Shown piece by piece: positions 58,275-64,000 of a DNA stretch of 64,000 nt. The notes beneath the pieces were generated by a model. It saw nothing but the letters and a program-made list of their open reading frames with translations, searched no databases and was not told the origin of the DNA. The first letter of the stretch is position 1; each line of letters opens with the position of its first letter. The translations under genes were made by a program, and so were the position numbers. Source of the DNA: Azolla caroliniana (lineage: Eukaryota; Plantae; Polypodiophyta); the NCBI GenBank assembly GCA_043228905.1, contig JBHGNT010000013.1, positions 12,524,001-12,588,000 on the forward strand. Direction: 5' to 3'.

Positions 58275-59675
58275 AAGGTGTTCGACTTGTTGAAAGAAGC
58301 CTTTACTATGGCACTAGTCCTCTTACATCCTGACACCACTAAGCCTTTTCAAGTCGAAACAGATATTTCCGATTTTGCCATTGGGGCAATCCTCTCCCAG
58401 CTAGATGAGATTCGTGTACTTCACCCGGTGGCTTACTACTCCCGCAAATTCACATCCCCAGAAATCAACTACCCCATATACAACAAGGAGCTTCTCGCTA
58501 TTGTTGCTTCTTTTGAAGAATGGAGACCCTATTTAGCTGGGGCGCAACACCGTATCCAAGTGATTGCCGATCACAAAAATCTAATATACTTTTCTACCAC
58601 ACGAACCTTAAATCATAGGCAAGCATGATGGTCAACCTTCTTGGCAGACTATGATTTTGAGATAATCTTTCGACCCGGCGCTCAACACACAACAATCGAT
58701 GTCTTATCCCGTCGGTCTGCATTTGAGCTCACTCCGGAGGATAAAGCCTATGTTTAGTAGTCCCAGAGTTTGTTAAAGCGTGACCAATTCTACAACTTTG
58801 CAACTTGCTTGCTCCGGGATGACTCTTTACTCAAACAAATAGCAAAAGCCACTACGACTGACAAGTTCGCCACAGATGTCAAGGCAAGTATCACAAACCC
58901 CTCCTACGAACCCAAAAGGCCTGATTTAGCTCGTTTTACAATTCAGGATAATATTTTGTTTCGAGATAATCTTCTGTATGTCCCAGAAGGTCCTTGTCAG
59001 ACCAGGGTGCTTCATCAGTGTCGCGACAATCCACTTGTTGGTCATTTTGGTGTTGCGAAAACCTTGGAGTTGATTTCTCGGGGGTACTAGTGACCACAAC
59101 CATGGAAATTGGTCAAGGAGTTCATTAAATCATGTGACATTTGTGCTCTCTCTAAAGTATCTCATCATCGACCATATGGTCTCCTTCACCCTCTCCCAAT
59201 CCCCAAATGACCTTGGGCCTCTCTTCCCATGGATTTCATCACTGACCTACCTTTTGTTGGTGGCTATGACTCCGTATTTGTCATGGTCGATCGCTTCACC
59301 ATGATGGCTCATTTTGCTCCATGTGCCAAAACCATTACCGGAGAGGAGACATCCGATTTGTTTTTTAAAAATATGGTTCGACTACATGGACTCGCGGACG
59401 ATATCACTTCTAATCGAGGACCACAATTTGTTTCCAATTTCTGGCGGCGCCTTCTGCAAACCTTCGGTTGTACTGTGAATATGTCTTCCGCAAACCGATG
59501 GACAAACAAAGCGGGTTAACCAAATCTTGGAACAATACTTGCGGTGCTCTCTTAGCTACCAACAAGACAATTGGGCTCACCTTCTCCCACTTGCCGAGTT
59601 TTCCTACAACAACCTTCTACATACATCTACAAGAGTTACTCCATTTTTCGCAAACTATAGTCTCCATCCCTGCTT
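58275..59675 (+). pseudogene. Gypsy (Tcn1-like) RNase H-integrase fragment with no flanking LTR
   Basis: ETDISDFAIG, HPVAYYSRKF, MDFITDLP, SNRGPQF. Confidence 0.85.
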
Positions 59676-59682
59676 TGGTGGA

Positions 59683-59962
59683 GACTAAGTCCAACGAAAA
59701 TAGGGAGTCGTTTGGTTGGACAACCCTAGATCTGTGCGGCCCATTAGTGGTTCCATTCCCTCTAAGCAAGTTAGCAATGTCTTCCCAGCTCAAGTAACTA
59801 TTAGTACTAAAAGTATCCCTCCATTACATGTCTTAGCACTCCTAGATTCCGGAGCTAATTCTTGCTTCATGGATAAGAATTTTGTCCAAGCTCATAAGAT
59901 ATCCCTAAGAAAACTCACTTGCCCAGCCTCTGTAGTAGTCATTGATGGTTGCCCCATTGCCT
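59683..59962 (+). pseudogene. Tcn1-like gag/pol junction and protease fragment
   Basis: DNPRSVRPISGSIPSKQVS..LLDSGANSCFMD, homologous to the start of the intact pol. Confidence 0.85.
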
Positions 59963-61845
59963 TCATCATCGCCCTGTTGTGATAGAATGCTACCAAGGGC
60001 GAAATCCGATGGGTCTACCTCCATGATGAACGGTTTTTTCGGATCAACATGAGCTAGAATAGGAGCTGATGTAAACGCTTTCTTAAGATTTACAAAAGCC
60101 TTGTTCGCTTCCTTAGACCAAACAAACGATTACCCCTTCTTGGTAAGCTGTGTGAGAGGCAAAATAAGCTTTGACTAGTCCTGTATAAACTTGCGGTAGA
60201 AATTTGTGATGCCTAAAAAACATTGCACATCTCGCAACGAACGGGGAGTCTGCCACTCTACCACAATTTTGACCTTAGCTGGATTCATAGAGATGCCTTC
60301 CGAGGAGATGACATAGCCTAGAAAATCCACCTAGTTACACTCAAAACTACATTTTTCCAATTTTGCATAAAGACCATGTTCTCAAAGTCGTTTTAGTACT
60401 AATTGTACAAGGGAATCATGCTCTTCCTGAGTCTTCGAATAAACTAGTAGATCATCCAAATAGATGATCAAATAGATATCCAAGAGATCTCAAAATATGT
60501 CATTTGCCATGTGTTGGAAGACTGTTGATGCATTGGTGAGACCGAATGACATAACCGTATACTCGAAGTTCCCGTATCGGGTGTGAAAGTAGTCTTCCAT
60601 TCATCTCCTTGTCAAATCTGTACGAGGTTATATGCGCCTCGTACGTCGATTTTTGTGTAGAACTTTGCACCATTAATTCGTTCTAAAAGACTCGAGATAA
60701 GGGGAAGTGCATACCGATTCCTAATGGTGACCTTATTCGAGCCATGGTAATGTACGACGAGATGAAGTGATCCATCCTTTTTCTTGACAAAGAAAATGGG
60801 TGCGCCACCTGGAAATTTCGAATGTCGAATGAACCTGTTTGCCAAATTCTCCTCTATGTAGGCTCGAAGGACTTCTAGTTCGGTTGGTGACAAGTTGTAG
60901 ATCAGTCCCCATGGTGGCTCTTTTCCTGGTTGTAAATCAATGGGACAATCATACGGTCGATTGTGAGGAAGAGTATTGGCTTGTACCTTATCAAACACAT
61001 CAACATAATGGCGATACTTCTATGGAAGTTGAACTATGGATTCTTCTTTAGTGGTGCTGGAAGGTTTTACTAATATCGCGAATACAAACATTGATTCCTT
61101 CCATCCTTCCTCATGCAATTGATGTAACGAAATGGTTGAAACCTTATGAGTAGATTCTCGAGGTTGTCGATACCGGATTTCTCTTGTTCTCCAATCTATG
61201 TCGGGATTGTGTAACTCGAACCATGGTAACCCCAAAACAATGGGATGTTCTGGGATACTAATTATATTAGATGATACTACACAGACTAAATTATCTAGGA
61301 AAATATTAACGGGCTCTGACTCTTCTATGATATTTCCGGAAGCAATGGGGTGACCATCAATGACTACTACAAGGGAGTTTTCTTAGGGATATCTGATGAG
61401 CTTAGGGAAAATTCTTATCCATGAAACAAGAATTAGCTCAGAAATCTAGGAGTGCTAAGACATGTACTGGAGGGATACTTTTAGTACTAATAGTTACTTG
61501 AGCTAGGAAGACATTGCTAACTTGCTTAGAGGGAATGGAACCACTAATGGGTTGCACAGATCTAGGGTTGTCCAACCAAACGACTCCTATTTTGGCTGGA
61601 CTTAGTTGTTTAACTCTTCTTCTAACTAACTAAGGACTTCAAATTTGTTTGATAAACTTGGGCTATAAGTACTATTAGGACTATCAGACACTCATGCCGA
61701 AATAGACTCGGGTTTAGTATAAGCTATTATCTTATTTACCTGTCTTCTTGGCCTATGTGGACAATTTATTGCGATATGCCCTGGTCGTCCACAGTAAATA
61801 CATAATCAATTTACTCGACGTCGTTGCTTTTCTTCTTCTGACAAT
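59963..61845 (-). pseudogene. Tcn1-like gag end, PR, RT and partial RNase H fragment
   Basis: Homologous to ~41065-42990 of the intact element, with stops and frameshifts. Confidence 0.88.
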
Positions 61846-62304
61846 GGCGTCATCTGCTGCCGTTTCTGACCGTTACGTGGCCATTTCTGACCGTTACGTG
61901 GCCGTCATCTGCTGCCGCCGTCGTCTGCAGCCGCGTCATCTGCTGCCGCCGTCGTCTGCAGCCGCGTCATCTGCTGCCGCCGTCGTCTGCAGCCGCGTCG
62001 CCTGCTGTCGCCGCCGTCTGCTGCTGCCGACGACGCCGCCTGTTTGTCGCTGCTGCTGTTGACGCCGCCGTCGCCTGCTGCCGTCGTCGCCGTCGTCTGT
62101 CGACGGTCGTCGTCGTCTGCTGCCGCCGTCTGCCGTCTGCCGTCTGCCGACTGTTGCCTGCTGCTGCCTCCGTATTCTGCCGCTGACGTCTGCAGACTGC
62201 CGCCGTCGTCTGCAACTACTGTCTGCTGCCGCCGTCGTCTGCAACTGCTGTCTGCTGCCGTCGTCGTCTGCAACCGTTGTCAGCCGCCGTCTGTTGCCGC
62301 TGGC
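61846..62304. repeat. GC-rich low-complexity repeat (GCC/GTC/CTG triplets; ~30-bp unit CGTCATCTGCTGCCGCCGTCGTCTGCAGCCG)
   Basis: Direct reading; abuts the assembly gap. Confidence 0.85.
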
Positions 62305-62404
62305 NNNNNNNNNNNNNNNNNNNNNNNNNNNNNNNNNNNNNNNNNNNNNNNNNNNNNNNNNNNNNNNNNNNNNNNNNNNNNNNNNNNNNNNNNNNNNNNN
62401 NNNN
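62305..62404. other. Assembly gap (100 N)
   Basis: Exactly 100 Ns, the usual placeholder for a gap of unknown size. Confidence 0.99.
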
Positions 62405-64000
62405 AAATGGACGGCCAAGGATGAGGCCGGTGACTACAAAGCGGAGAGCACCACTTCGAAAGTGGGCGGAAGATTCGGGGCACGGCGGCCCAAAACATCG
62501 AGCGGAGAGGAGGCGAGCGGTGGTGCCGCGACCTTCCACACACCGGCCCTAGAGGCTTCGGCGGTCGGCCCGAGTGCCGGCACGAGACCTAGAATGACGG
62601 GCGGTGGTGGCGGCAAGGCGGGCAAACAAAATGGCGCGGAGAACGGCGAAGAAGAGGTGGTGGCAAGCATACTAGAGGCTTGCGGAATCGGAGATGGGGG
62701 AGCCGCGGACGACGTCCGAACGAAAGCGGCTACGGAGACAACAAGCGGCGGTGCCGGGTCCTTACCCAAACCAATCCTAGAGGCTCCAATGGCCGGCCCG
62801 AGTGCCGGCATAAGGCTTAGTGCGACGGGAGGTGACGGCGGCAAGGCGGGCAACGGATACGAGAAGGAAGATCGGAGCGGACGGAGGCAAGACCCCTTGA
62901 CACCGGGGCCGGAGACTTCGGCGGTTGTGCTCGAATGCCAACGTAAGACCGGAGAGATGGGCGGTGACCGTGAGGAGGTGAGGCCCGGAGAGAGCGCATA
63001 CGAAGACGAGTATGCGGGGCCCGGAATGGGCGTATACGGTGGGTCCGACGGAGAGGACCGAAGCGGGAACGAGGAGAGAGTCGGGAACCGACCCGACCGG
63101 AATACGGCACGGAAGAAGAAGAGAGTAAGGGCCGGCGAACCGGGCCCAAACCGAAGGAAGCCGGCGAGACCGATTGGCCGGTTACGGTTACGGTTATGGT
63201 TACGGTTACGATGGGGGCCGATAAGCGCGAGATGGAGGCTAACCGGGCACGACAACCATGGTTCGGGGGAAAAACGGAAACAAACGAGACCCTCCATACC
63301 CACTCTAGAGACTACGGCGTTGCGGATCAACATGAGACCGGAGAGACGGCGGGTGGCGGCGAGGAGTCGGAGGCCGGAGCGTACGAGGTTACCGGAACGG
63401 ATATCCGGTACGAGATGGTGGACGGGTGGGTCCAAGACGGCGAGCCCGTGTCGGAACGGGCTACGGCGACAAAGGAGGAGAAGACCGACACGGAGGTCGG
63501 GTCTACGGCGGAAGAGCGAGACGAGATGCATGCAATACGGCCGATGGGGGGCCAAGACACAAGCATGCCTACGAAGGAGCCACATCGAGTGACCGAAGAT
63601 GACGGTCGGATCACGCCTTCGAGAGGCGAATACGAGGAGGAAGGCGGCGACGACGAGACCTGGCACGATGCTAGGGAAGATTGGTGGGAAGAGGTGGCCT
63701 ACGGAGAGGCTAAGACCGGAGGCCACGAAGATAAGGCCCGAGAGGGATCCTCCACACCGGCTATAGAGACTCCGGCGGTCGGCGCGAGTGCCGACGTGAG
63801 ACCAAGAGTGGCAGACGGTGGCGGCGAGGGGACGAAGGCCACAACGGATGAAGGCACCGAGAGAGGCATACGGGAGGTCGCGGGGAACGAAGACGTATGC
63901 GCCCAAAAGAACGAACACGACATCACGAAGGATGTGTGCGGTCGAGCGGGCCAAGAGGGCCAAGAAGGTGTTCCTCCGAGCGAAACGGAGATCGGGGAAG
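62405..64000 (+). mobile_element. Internal repetitive coding region of a relative of the Gag-only element
   Basis: Repeats TPALEASAV, PILEAPMA, TPGPETSAVVLECQRKTGE and GNEERVGNRPDRNT..PGPNRRKP match the tail of the 698-aa ORF (TPILETSAV..QRETGE; GKEGRVENRLNRKT..PGPTRPKP). Confidence 0.7.

Noticed and set aside
61748-62552. Ala/Arg-rich ORFs and ORFs spanning the Ns
   Set aside because: Low-complexity repeat plus a gap of unknown size; the two sides need not be contiguous
62434-63963. 509-aa minus-strand ORF
   Set aside because: Antisense shadow of a GC-rich repetitive plus-strand coding region; no motifs

Overview
Gene-free eukaryotic window made almost entirely of nested retrotransposons. 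The element mix suggests a plant, probably a non-seed plant such as a fern or lycophyte (inference). I resolved about 20 insertions by LTR termini and target-site duplications (TSDs). They include an old Copia (9385->50279, minus) split by a Copia > chromovirus > Gag-only element nest, three Tcn1-like self-priming chromoviruses (one intact with apparently identical LTRs, 38664-44466), a non-coding LARD-like element, a near full-length degenerate L1-type LINE, a Tat-like remnant with an extra RNase H, and several solo LTRs. A 100-N scaffold gap lies at 62305-62404. No host gene, rRNA, functional tRNA or CRISPR array is supported. Most notable: (1) an LTR family with TGTCG...CGACA ends, a tRNA-Trp PBS and a Gag-only ORF, whose four insertions all have 4-bp TSDs of the form ACGN, i.e. 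apparent CpG-site targeting; (2) antisense tRNA-like A-box/B-box cassettes inside the LTRs of two unrelated families; (3) an array of five conserved hairpins in a predicted 1.56-kb 5'-UTR intron of a chromovirus; (4) a G_UUA_AAC plus pseudoknot -1 frameshift signal and a self-priming PBS in the intact Tcn1-like element. Everything was read by eye; no alignments or searches were run.
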